NCBI GenBank assembly: GCA_024278275.1
Contig: JAJRTN010000125.1
Span: 1 to 49,196, forward strand
Reading direction: 5' to 3'
Source: Candidatus Hydrogenedentota bacterium
Lineage (GTDB): Bacteria; Hydrogenedentota; Hydrogenedentia; Hydrogenedentales; JAJRTN01
Length of the DNA stretch: 49,196 nucleotides
Below the pieces are notes generated by a model that was given only the letters and a program-made list of their open reading frames with translations, made no database searches and was not told where the DNA came from. Of the stretch, positions 10,001 through 17,850 are shown in pieces. Numbering within the stretch: the first letter of the stretch is position 1; each line of letters starts with the position of its first letter. The position numbers and the translations under genes are program-made.

Positions 10001-11069
10001 CCTGACCCGCCTGGGTGGCAGCGAAACGGGCCTGGGGAACATCATCGCGGCGAACGGCGGTTCGGGCGTGGCCGTAAGCGGCGCCGAAAGCAACCAGAAC
10101 CGCGTGGCTGGGAACAACATCGGCGTGGACGTCACCAGCAAGACGGCCTTGGGCAACATTGCCGCGGGTGTGATTCTCTACGGAGGCACCACGGGCAATC
10201 TCATCGGCTTCTCCGAGGTCAACGGCGGCAATATCATCGGCGGCAATGGTGACGCGGGGGTCGTGCTGGAGGGCGCGGGGGTTTCCGGCAACCAGGTCGC
10301 GAACAATGCCATCGGCACGGTTCCGGGCGAGGCCGCTGGTGGAGTACCCGGCGCGGTGTCCAACAAGCAGGTCACCTTGCTGGATGTGGGCAACCTGATG
10401 GAGGGCGTTCGTCTGGCCGACGGTGCCGCGGCGAATATCATCGGCGGCGACGGTGAGTCCGAAGGGAACCTCATCAGGTATAACGCCGGGGATGGTGTCC
10501 GAATCGCCAATGTGGATTCCGACGAAAACCTGATCCAGGGCAATGCCATCATCCTGAACGAGGGGAGCGGTGTTGATGTGCGCGATGGGGCCACCCGCGC
10601 CCGGATTGGCCGGGTTTTGGCTTCCTTCTCGGACGCCGCGGCGAACATCATCCGGGCGAATCAGATCTATGGCGTGGCCGTTTGGGGGCCGGACTCGCTG
10701 GCCGTGAGTATTCGCGCCAACCAGGTTACCCGGAACGTGGAAGGTCCCATTTTCCTTGGGGATGGGGCCAATATGGGGGTTGAGGCACCCTATATCCTCG
10801 GCTTCGATCCGCTGAACGGCATGGCGCCCCCCTTCGCGATAGTGGATGTGTTTGTGGACACGGATGATTCCGATTTGACTGTGCTGCCCCACTATCTCTA
10901 TGTGGGATCCACCAATGCCCGGCTGACGGGCGAGTTCCGCGATCCCGCGTTGGGCAACACCCTGACCACCATTCACGGGGGACGGAATGCTTATGTAACC
11001 GCGACAGACGCCTTTGGCAACACATCGCAGTACAGCGATCCCATTCCTATTCCCGTTCCCGCTCCCTAG
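7089..11069 (+). CDS. large surface lipoprotein with multiple PKD domains and right-handed parallel beta-helix repeats
   Basis: A GGGGAG Shine-Dalgarno sequence precedes the ATG. The signal peptide plus lipobox reads LLVTILSGC. At least five PKD-type repeats are present (W.FGDGT/S...P.H.Y). The C-terminal half carries more than 15 beta-helix PbH1-like repeats (N.I.GN.I..N...GV). The stop is TAG, followed by a strong terminator. Confidence 0.75.
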   Translation: MFHYKRCLAWVLIPALLVTILSGCPRLRDIGAAILAEPQSLTFGTETNTLVLSLAKNASATGQGPIVIVPTASWLLIDDCATAADNCLSASPFDNVTVNVSVDRSRMELGENEATLIVYAGNSPVVEIPVKATDILKASFTATPRRVEIGEVIHFTNNSASTEASGPILSQEWNFGDGSSSSQATPPNKIYSAPGHYDIALTVRTATTEETLTQVAYVSVGDVRPLVDFSADRTVIAERQAVTFTDETTLSDRPDVDLADFVDSWRWDFGDGTTSTERSPAHQYASVGNYTVKLTVVTPFGEYSGTKENFIHVQRRLGPTADFFLPESPLPIRQPVQFTDLSDPGSDPITQWLWDFGDGTSGNVQDPQHTYTEAGTFDVKLTVTTAYGVSSKTRSITLQFQPPTADFEADDLTPAVGQAVQFTDLAVPGSDPIVSWTWDFGDGTTSTDREPLHTYTAATTEPLTVTLTVRSTASAPLNTATAVKTGYIMVFTPPAPAFDLALTEEFGRATDDNASVITDDPVTFVNQTVAGTEDQIGYFWEFGDETTSTETSPEHTYTEPGIYTVRLTASTETQLQRTQRLITVDAPPTPDFSATPRTVISGAEIQFNDLSVPGRVPVAGQAEPNTGTISAWLWDFGDGESADVQNPTHTYPLPEQYGVTLSIFFQHSGSGANLRASLSRDRYITILQPTDLVVNTLSDIVDGDTRSIAHLILDPGEDGLFSLREAIEATNSQTGAETIRFSVEGTISPNGDLPAITDEGTTILAEDKIVLDGANATTAGLTLQGVGAYISGLTIVNFPVAGVLLQGPSSMENTIRGCRIGNDGLVAVPNAIGVLIADGASGNFIGGAAANDRNIISGNFFQGVYIDESGVSESAGGNVIEGNYIGVDDTGLAALPNDMGIYIDESSANLIGGSSEGSRNVISGNTKDGIVITGTRSLSNAIYGNYIGTDANGTQALGNGGSGVGLQAGASLTRLGGSETGLGNIIAANGGSGVAVSGAESNQNRVAGNNIGVDVTSKTALGNIAAGVILYGGTTGNLIGFSEVNGGNIIGGNGDAGVVLEGAGVSGNQVANNAIGTVPGEAAGGVPGAVSNKQVTLLDVGNLMEGVRLADGAAANIIGGDGESEGNLIRYNAGDGVRIANVDSDENLIQGNAIILNEGSGVDVRDGATRARIGRVLASFSDAAANIIRANQIYGVAVWGPDSLAVSIRANQVTRNVEGPIFLGDGANMGVEAPYILGFDPLNGMAPPFAIVDVFVDTDDSDLTVLPHYLYVGSTNARLTGEFRDPALGNTLTTIHGGRNAYVTATDAFGNTSQYSDPIPIPVPAP

Positions 11070-11091
11070 CAATCCCATGAGCAGGCGATGT

Positions 11092-11131
11092 GCCGCCACG
11101 AGTCGAGAGACTCGTGGCGGCGTTTGTTTTT
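11092..11131 (+). terminator. rho-independent terminator
   Basis: The left stem GCCGCCACGAGTC, loop gaga and right stem GACTCGTGGCGGC form a 13-bp perfect stem. It is followed by GTTTGTTTTT and lies 23 nt after the lipoprotein stop codon. Confidence 0.7.
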
Positions 11132-11471
11132 CGTCGCGATTTGCTTTCTTTCGTACAAAGGCCAAACACCGTGCGTGATTGGCGACTACCCAAGGTGGTT
11201 ACCCCTCCCCTCCCTCAGTCTCCCACGGGAAAGGCCGAGGTGACACCCTGTATCATGGAGCCTTTCGCGGGGATGACGGCGGGGCGTGGCATGGACGGCT
11301 GTAACGATGCTTGGTTCCGGCTACGCCGGGTTAGGCTGAAAGCAGTGTGAGCTTTCGGGGGGAAATCCTCAAGTTTCCTGGAAAAAGGAACTTCCTGTGG
11401 CGTAACTGCGGGAAATGGGCTGGAAGGGCCGTGAAGGGCCACGGACTTCATGGCACAAGGGCGTTAAGTTT

Positions 11472-13130
11472 TTATCCGAAAAGTGCCTTGCCGATGATAA
11501 TCAGCAACTGGGCAATGAGGATTTTGCCCACCATGGCGACGGGATAGGTGGTGGCATAGGCGACGTAGGTCTCTTCGGAGCGGGACATTTCGTAGGCGCG
11601 GGCGAGGGTGGCGGGCTGGGTTTGCATGCCGCTGGTGGCGCCGATGGCGCTCACGATGGTGGCCTTACCGTAGTGGCGAAGCAACAGGAGCGTCATCCCG
11701 GTGGTGAGGGTGGTGGTCAGGAAGCCCAGGGCGACTAACCGGATGCCATTGTTGGAGAGGGTATCGAAAAAACGTCCCCCCGCCATGACCCCCACACCGG
11801 CCAGGAAAAAGAGCAGGCCCATGTGACGCAGGGCATGGTTGGACTCCAGGGGGATGGACCAGACGAGGGGTCCCGTGCGGGAGAGACGGCCGAGAATGAG
11901 GCCCACGACCAGGGGGCCCCCGGCAAATCCCAATGACACGGACGCGCCGCCGGGAATGGGAATGGGAAACATGCCGACCAGCACGCCTAAAGCAATACCG
12001 AGGGTCAGGGCGGTGTAATCGAGTTCGGAGATGCCACGCTCGGAATCACCGAAGTACTGGCTGACCTCGGCTTGTTTTTCCGATGGCATGACGATGCGCA
12101 GCCGGTCTCCCAACTCCAGGGTCATATCCGGCGTGGCTACCACGTCGATGTCGGCGCGGCGAATCCGGGTAATCTGCGCATTGAAACGCCGGTCCAGGTT
12201 GAGCGATTCAATGGTTCGTCCCACGAGGTGCTTGCGCGAGACCAGGACGCGGCGCATGGTGATGTTTTCCGCGGCGTGCTCGATGTTATCGCTGGTGCGC
12301 TCGCCAAAATAGGTTTCTCCCTTGGCAATGCTGGGCGCGGCGCCGACGGCTACCACGAGGTCTCCCTCGTGAAACCGGGTATATTTGGTGGGAATGATGG
12401 TCTTGCCGTCGTGGTGAACGCGGGAAACAACGAGCCCCGTTTCCGTCTGCACACACAGTTCGCCGATGGCCCGGTCGAAGAGCGCCGGGTTGGTCACCCG
12501 GAAGTTGGCCACGCTCGGTTTGGCGTTTCGACCGGCTTTGGCCTCCGCTTCGGTTCGTTCGGTTTTTGCAGCCTTTCGGTAGAGCCGCGCAAAGAGTTCA
12601 AAGGCGAGCAATCCGCCGATGACGCCGTAGGGGTAGGCCATGGAATAGCCCACCGCCGCGTCGTTGGGATCGCCCAGGCCGGGGGTGTTGTGCATCATTT
12701 CGGTGATAGCCGCCAGGGCGGGCGTGTTGGTGAGCCCGCCACAATAGACGCCGGCGACCTGGCCCACTGGTATGCCCATGAACCGGCCCAGGAAAAGGGT
12801 GAGTACCGCGCCGGTCAAGAGGGATGCCACGAGGGCGATGTTGAAACGGATGCCGCGTTTTTTCAGCGAGGCGAAAAAGCCGGGACCGCTCGTGAGGCCC
12901 ACGGCGTAGACGAAAAGAATGAGCCCTACCTGGGTCACTTCATGGGCGATGGCAAAGGGGACGGTACCTTCGGGACGCCATCCACCGAAGAAGAGTCCCA
13001 CGAAGAGCACGCCTGCCACGCCAAGCTTGAAACCACGAAGGCGGATCTGGCCCACCAGGAAACCCACGCCAATGACCAGGAACAGCAACAGGGGTTCGCT
13101 GCTGGACAACACTTCGCGAAAAGATTGCAC
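11472..13130 (-). CDS. AAE (aspartate:alanine exchanger) / YidE-YbjL family transporter with two RCK_C (TrkA-C) domains
   Basis: The N-terminus (LLLFLVIGVGFLVGQIRLRGFKLGVAGVLFVGL) is typical of this family. Two hydrophobic transmembrane blocks are separated by a central soluble region (RVTNPALFDRAIGEL ... VGRTIESLNL). Confidence 0.8.
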   Translation of the reverse strand: MQSFREVLSSSEPLLLFLVIGVGFLVGQIRLRGFKLGVAGVLFVGLFFGGWRPEGTVPFAIAHEVTQVGLILFVYAVGLTSGPGFFASLKKRGIRFNIALVASLLTGAVLTLFLGRFMGIPVGQVAGVYCGGLTNTPALAAITEMMHNTPGLGDPNDAAVGYSMAYPYGVIGGLLAFELFARLYRKAAKTERTEAEAKAGRNAKPSVANFRVTNPALFDRAIGELCVQTETGLVVSRVHHDGKTIIPTKYTRFHEGDLVVAVGAAPSIAKGETYFGERTSDNIEHAAENITMRRVLVSRKHLVGRTIESLNLDRRFNAQITRIRRADIDVVATPDMTLELGDRLRIVMPSEKQAEVSQYFGDSERGISELDYTALTLGIALGVLVGMFPIPIPGGASVSLGFAGGPLVVGLILGRLSRTGPLVWSIPLESNHALRHMGLLFFLAGVGVMAGGRFFDTLSNNGIRLVALGFLTTTLTTGMTLLLLRHYGKATIVSAIGATSGMQTQPATLARAYEMSRSEETYVAYATTYPVAMVGKILIAQLLIIIGKALFG

Positions 13131-13214
13131 GACTCTGGCCTACTCCGGGGGGAAGAGGGACACCAAGAAAAACGCCCATGGGCGCCGGCTTTGAAGAACG
13201 GCAGTATAGCAAAG

Positions 13215-13239
13215 GGCCGGGGTGTGCCTCACCCCGGCC
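13215..13239 (-). terminator. GC-rich hairpin, possible terminator of the 13254-13925 gene
   Basis: GGCCGGGGTG, loop tgcct and CACCCCGGCC form a 10-bp stem. On the minus strand it is followed by a weak U-rich tract (CUUUGCUAUACUG). Confidence 0.3.
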
Positions 13240-13253
13240 GCAACGTTCACGGT

Positions 13254-13925
13254 TTACTGTAATTCAAGTACGATGTGGTCATCCTCGACGCGAAGGTCGC
13301 GCACCTTGGCGAAGAGTGCCAGGACCTTGGGGTCCTTTATGTTTTGGGCCAGGTTTTGGCCGCCCATTTGCTGCATGACTTCCGCGGGGATTTCCTTGCC
13401 CTTGATGGTTGCGTCGACGAGGAAAACCCGAAGAACCCCGTTCTTGATGGAAACATCGAAGGTGCCCATGCCGTTGAGATACCGCCCTTTTCCGAGGAAA
13501 GCGGCCGGGGTTTCGCTCAGGGGCAGGCTTACCTGGCCCGTTACCTTGCCATTCTCAATGCTGAGGTGTACCCAATCGCCAAAGGGAAGCTCCTTGTTGC
13601 TGTCCAAAAGCCCGTTCAGTTCATCGGCCGTCAGTTCAAAGGTCTTGTTCTCCGACGGACCTTCAAGGGCCGCGTTGAGGGCTGTCAGCTTGGCGTCCAG
13701 GTTCTTCTGCTCGGCGGGCGTCAGTTCGACCACGGGCAAGGCCACGGGCTCGGTGTCGGTCACCGCCTCGACCAGGTCGCCAAGTTTTCCATAGACAAAG
13801 TAACCTCCGATCCCGGCAGCCACGGCCAAAAGCACGCCCACCACCGCCAACCCAAGGCAACCGTATAGACAACAGCTTTTCTTGTGCCTCCCGCCGTCAC
13901 CTTGAGACATTACGTGTTCCGACAT
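13254..13925 (-). CDS. hypothetical membrane-anchored protein
   Basis: A strong Shine-Dalgarno sequence (GGGAGGAG) lies 7 nt before the ATG of MSEHVMSQ. One N-terminal transmembrane helix is present (CLGLAVVGVLLAVAAGIGGYFVY). The rest of the protein is soluble. Confidence 0.5.
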   Translation of the reverse strand: MSEHVMSQGDGGRHKKSCCLYGCLGLAVVGVLLAVAAGIGGYFVYGKLGDLVEAVTDTEPVALPVVELTPAEQKNLDAKLTALNAALEGPSENKTFELTADELNGLLDSNKELPFGDWVHLSIENGKVTGQVSLPLSETPAAFLGKGRYLNGMGTFDVSIKNGVLRVFLVDATIKGKEIPAEVMQQMGGQNLAQNIKDPKVLALFAKVRDLRVEDDHIVLELQ

Positions 13926-14015
13926 GTTCTTACTCCTCCCTTGGCGGCGTAAACCGCCCCCGTGCGGACGCATGATCCGCGTACTCTTCCGGTCGCCGAA
14001 CCCATCGCCCGGCGG

Positions 14016-14315
14016 CTATGACCGTTTTTCTTGAACACTCCGCACCTTATCCGCCATCGTCTGGGAACGGTCCGTCCGGGTCCCCAGCTTGATGGTCGTC
14101 GTGATGCGCGGCGCGCCCAATTCGTGGACACGCTCGTGACATTTTTTCACCGCCGCCATCACGGCGTCCCACTCGCCCTGTATGTTCGTACCGTAGGCGT
14201 GGAGCGCATGATCCAATCCCGCTTCCACGATCACCTCCTGGCAGGCGGCCACGTATTTCGACAGGGAAGTTCCCACGCCAATGGGAACAACGCATAAATC
14301 CACGATAACGTTCAT
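14016..14315 (-). CDS. MTH1187/YkoF family (UPF0045) thiamine-binding-like protein
   Basis: The 99-aa protein matches family-typical motifs: N-terminal DLCVVPIGVGTSLSKYVA and HAYGTNIEGEWD...VKKCHE. Confidence 0.65.
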   Translation of the reverse strand: MNVIVDLCVVPIGVGTSLSKYVAACQEVIVEAGLDHALHAYGTNIQGEWDAVMAAVKKCHERVHELGAPRITTTIKLGTRTDRSQTMADKVRSVQEKRS

Positions 14316-14364
14316 TTACCCGTTTCCTTTGGCGTTTATTCTTCGTGCGGGCTGCAGAAAACCA

Positions 14365-15357
14365 TCATACCATGGGGAAAGCACGCTCCACGGCCTGGCG
14401 AATCCGAGCCACTTCGGCGTCGCTCAGCCGAAGGCGGCCGGCCGCAGCGTTCTCCTTCACTTGGTTTTCGGTGCGGGCGCCGACCAGCGCCGATGTCAGA
14501 CCCGGCTGCGCCACGGTCCACGCGATGAAAAGCTGTCCCAGGGTGGCGTTGTGGCCCTCGGCGATGGGTTGCACCTCGGCCAGCATGTCGAGTACTTTCT
14601 GGCGGTATTCGACGGTGAACATGGGGTGATTCCGGCGCAGATCGCCCTCCTTGAAGGTGCGTTCGACACCGACCTTGCCGGTGAGCAGGCCCTGGGCAAT
14701 GGGGCTGTAGGCCAAGACCCCCACCTCGTGTTCCCGGCAGAAGGGCAGCACATCCTTCTCGATTTCCCGGCTGAGGGCGTTGTACTTGGGTTGATCGCTG
14801 GCGATGACGCCCTTGGCCAGGCATTGTTCCATCATGGCGGGGGTGAAGTTACTTACACCAATGGCGCGCACCTTGCCCGCGTCCTGAAGGGCAAGCAGGG
14901 CTTCCATGGTATCGTCGATGGGGGTGGTGGTGTCGGGCCAGTGACATTGGTAGAGGTCGATCACCTCGACCCCGAGACGCTGAAGGCTCAAATCGCACTC
15001 GTGCCGAATGGAGGCGGGCCGGAGATTGCGAAAGACCTTGCAGGCCACACCTTTGTTGTTTTTTGTGTCGAAATAGGGTTCTCCCTCTTCCAGGTCCCAC
15101 CGCAGACCGCACTTGGTGGCCACGACGACCTGGTCGCGCCGGCCCCGAATGGCCTCACCCACCACGGTCTCGCTGTGTCCCATGCCATACATGGGCGCCG
15201 TGTCGATACAGGTGATACCCTCGTCGATGGCGCACCGGATGGCACGCACGGCGTCGGCATCGTCGGTGCCGCCCCACATCCATCCGCCAATGGCCCAGGC
15301 ACCGAATGAGACCACCGGCACCTCCACGTCGCTCTTGCCCAGCTTCCGCTTTTGCAC
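14365..15357 (-). CDS. aldo/keto reductase
   Basis: AKR motifs are present (GAWAIGG, IDTAPMYG, the active-site region KCGLRW, and IGVSNF). Confidence 0.85.
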   Translation of the reverse strand: MQKRKLGKSDVEVPVVSFGAWAIGGWMWGGTDDADAVRAIRCAIDEGITCIDTAPMYGMGHSETVVGEAIRGRRDQVVVATKCGLRWDLEEGEPYFDTKNNKGVACKVFRNLRPASIRHECDLSLQRLGVEVIDLYQCHWPDTTTPIDDTMEALLALQDAGKVRAIGVSNFTPAMMEQCLAKGVIASDQPKYNALSREIEKDVLPFCREHEVGVLAYSPIAQGLLTGKVGVERTFKEGDLRRNHPMFTVEYRQKVLDMLAEVQPIAEGHNATLGQLFIAWTVAQPGLTSALVGARTENQVKENAAAGRLRLSDAEVARIRQAVERAFPMV

Positions 15358-15361
15358 GTTA

Positions 15362-17821
15362 CTACTCCTCCGCCCCGGCCGCGCCGTCCCCCTTCGGAAG
15401 GGCGGGCCTGGGGATTTTCAGTTTTTGCCCCACCCACACGTGGTTGGGGTCCTTTATTTTGTTCAATTCCATGATCCGTTGCGTGGTGGTGCCGAACTTC
15501 GCCGCAATGAGTTTGAGCCGATCCCCCCCCACCACGCGATAGGTTATGTACGTTTCTTCGGGGAGAACCTTGGGGGCGACCTTCCCGGGTACGGTTTCCG
15601 GCTGAACGGCGGCGGGTGGCGCCGCCCCTGGCAAGGATTCGGATGATTCGGTCACCTCCAACGACGCCGGTTTGGCTTCTTTCGCCGGCTCCCCTGCCAC
15701 GGGCAGGTAAACCTTGAGACGGAATCCGTACTTGATAGTGTCGGTTTCCATCTTGTTCCACCGCTTGAGGTCGCTCACGCGCACGCCGTACTGCCGCGCA
15801 ATGCCCAAGAGCGAGTCCCCCCGGTTGATGCGGTGGTAACGCAACACCGTGCCCGGTGGCGGGCCTTCAGCCTTGACCGGAGCGGGTGCTTCGGTGGAAT
15901 CCCCGGAGGCCTGGCCGCCCATGTTTTCGCCGGATTCCCCGGCCAGGCTTTCCGGCGGCACGACGGGCGTTTCGTTCCCTTTCGTTTCCGTCTCCGCCTC
16001 GGGATTGGGAATCGCCACGGCCGCACCGGCTTCGGATTCGGCGGCGGGCGTTTCGGACGCCTCGGTCAGGGGAGTGGCCTGGACGGTTTCTTCCTCGTCC
16101 GCGGGTTCCCTTACGGTTTTCCCCGGGGCCTCGACCGGCGCCGTGACCGCTGCGGGCGGGGGCTCCTCGACGGGTGCGGGCGTTTCCTCCGCCATGTCCG
16201 CGGAGGGCGTTTCCTCGACGGGGCCGGGCGCTTCCTCCGCCACGTCTGCGGGGGGCGTTTCCTCGACGGGGCCGGGCGCTTCCTCCGCCACGTCCACGGG
16301 GGGTGTCTCCTCGACGGGGCCGGGCGCTTCCTCCGCCACGTCCGCGGGGGGTGTTTCCTCGACGGGTGCGGGCGCTTCCTCCGCCATGTCCACGGGGGGT
16401 GTTTCCTCGACGGGTGCGGGCGCTTCCTCCGCCATGTCCACGAGGGGTGTTTCCTCGACGGGTGCGGGCGCTTCCTCCGCTACGTCCACGGGGGGTGTTT
16501 CCTCGACGGGGCCGGGCGCTTCCTCCGCCACGTCCACAGGGGATTTTTCCTCGGCGGGCACCACCGTTTTCCCGGGTGCTTTGGGCGGAGACGGGGTATC
16601 CACCGGGGATTCGGGAACCGATGGAGCGACGGGTTCCTCTGTCCCGGCTTCCACCGGGGCGAGACGCCATGCCTCAAGCCGTGCGCGGCTGGCGGCACGG
16701 TCGGCCTCGGGCAGGAGCTCCTGGTTCTCGGGACTGACCATGGCTTCACAGATACGATGCAGGATGCGGCGGTCGCTGTCCTCGATGATAACGGCGTCGC
16801 AGCCCGCGGACAGGGCCAATACGACCGCTTCCCCGGGGGCGAGACCGGACGTCATGGGGTGGGTAAGGATGCCATCGACGAGGATAACGCCATCATAATC
16901 CCATTTTCCGCGCACGAGCGTTTCCAGCAACACGTGGGACTGGGAGGCCGGGATGCCCGGGTCCAGTGCGGCCACTTCGGCATGGGTGACCATCATGCCG
17001 GGAATCCCGTCCGACACCGCCCTGTCGAAAGGAGAAATCAGGTCGGCAAGATCGTTTTTATCCGAAACAACAATCACGCTTCGCCGGGCATCATCCACCT
17101 CGACCAGGCCGAGGCCCGGGAAGTGTTTCACCACGGGAATGGCCCCCGCGTCCTTCACGCCTTCCGCGAAGGCCATCCCCAACGCCGTCACGCGGTCGGG
17201 ATCCCCGGAAAAGCATTCGGTGCGAAGTGCCTCCGATGAGAGGCCCGGTACGAAGACATCGAGCGGTGGCGCGAGGAGCACCTCGATCCCGGCGGCGCGG
17301 GCGGCATCGCCTCTCCGCCGGCCCGCCTCGCGAAGCGCGTCGGGACTGTTTAACAAGCCCAACTCCTCGAAGCGCATCACCATGTCCAGGCCCAAACGCC
17401 GGTAACCTTCCGGCGAGGCGTCCAGCGCGATGACGGGACGGTGCGCTTTCCCCGTTGCGAAGCCGATGGTCCGCACGAGGCCACGCACCTGCGCGGGGGA
17501 CGCGATGTTCTCGTCCCTGAGCACCACGCCGCCGGGGCGGAATTCACGCAGGGAGGCGACCGTGCGCTTGTCCAGATCCGTGCCCTGGATATATATGAAC
17601 AATTGACGCGCGGCCAAAGGGGGCGGATTCGTGGGAACAACCACTTTCTCCTCGACGGGCGCCGACGCTTCCACCTCGGGCGGGACCGGGGGCGGAGTGA
17701 CTTCCAGCGGTGTTACGGGGGGTGCCACCGGCCCGGGCGAAGGCGATCCAAAAAACGCGTAGCCCAAGGCGAGACCAATACACACCCCGACCACCAGCGT
17801 CGTTGCCTGGGTTCGTGCCAT
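15362..17821 (-). CDS. GH3 N-domain (NagZ-like beta-N-acetylhexosaminidase) with Pro/Glu-rich repeat linker and two C-terminal LysM domains
   Basis: The start is at MARTQATTLVVGVCIGLALGYAF, a signal anchor. GH3 motifs include KHFPGLG and the catalytic-region VILVDGIL. The linker is VDVAEEAPGPVEETPP in eight copies. Two LysM domains follow (YHRINRGDSLLGIARQYGV... and YRVVGGDRLKLIAAKFGTT...). Confidence 0.75.
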   Translation of the reverse strand: MARTQATTLVVGVCIGLALGYAFFGSPSPGPVAPPVTPLEVTPPPVPPEVEASAPVEEKVVVPTNPPPLAARQLFIYIQGTDLDKRTVASLREFRPGGVVLRDENIASPAQVRGLVRTIGFATGKAHRPVIALDASPEGYRRLGLDMVMRFEELGLLNSPDALREAGRRRGDAARAAGIEVLLAPPLDVFVPGLSSEALRTECFSGDPDRVTALGMAFAEGVKDAGAIPVVKHFPGLGLVEVDDARRSVIVVSDKNDLADLISPFDRAVSDGIPGMMVTHAEVAALDPGIPASQSHVLLETLVRGKWDYDGVILVDGILTHPMTSGLAPGEAVVLALSAGCDAVIIEDSDRRILHRICEAMVSPENQELLPEADRAASRARLEAWRLAPVEAGTEEPVAPSVPESPVDTPSPPKAPGKTVVPAEEKSPVDVAEEAPGPVEETPPVDVAEEAPAPVEETPLVDMAEEAPAPVEETPPVDMAEEAPAPVEETPPADVAEEAPGPVEETPPVDVAEEAPGPVEETPPADVAEEAPGPVEETPSADMAEETPAPVEEPPPAAVTAPVEAPGKTVREPADEEETVQATPLTEASETPAAESEAGAAVAIPNPEAETETKGNETPVVPPESLAGESGENMGGQASGDSTEAPAPVKAEGPPPGTVLRYHRINRGDSLLGIARQYGVRVSDLKRWNKMETDTIKYGFRLKVYLPVAGEPAKEAKPASLEVTESSESLPGAAPPAAVQPETVPGKVAPKVLPEETYITYRVVGGDRLKLIAAKFGTTTQRIMELNKIKDPNHVWVGQKLKIPRPALPKGDGAAGAEE
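16160..16560. repeat. eight near-perfect 48-bp tandem repeats inside the GH3-LysM gene
   Basis: The unit cgggcgcttcctccgccacgtccacggggggtgtttcctcgacgggg(c) is iterated with a few substitutions. On the minus strand it encodes VD(V/M)AEEAPGPVEETPP. The boundaries are approximate. Confidence 0.8.
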
Positions 17822-17850
17822 GCGTTTGTTCTGATGGACGTTCGTGGATG

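Noticed and set aside
11067-11069. Genome-wide TAG reassignment or read-through as the explanation for the internal ambers
   Set aside because: TAG terminates several well-defined genes here. One (the lipoprotein) is followed 23 nt later by a strong intrinsic terminator, and extending those ORFs past TAG gives nonsense sequence.
8487-11165. 892-aa ORF on the minus strand
   Set aside because: It is entirely antisense to the well-supported PKD/beta-helix lipoprotein gene. Its translation is low-complexity Gly/Arg/Ala-rich, typical of spurious ORFs in GC-rich DNA.
15849-16898. 349-aa and 187-aa plus-strand ORFs rich in Ser/Gly/Ala or Pro/Arg
   Set aside because: They are antisense translations of the 48-bp tandem repeats within the GH3-LysM gene, and the periodicity simply mirrors the repeat.
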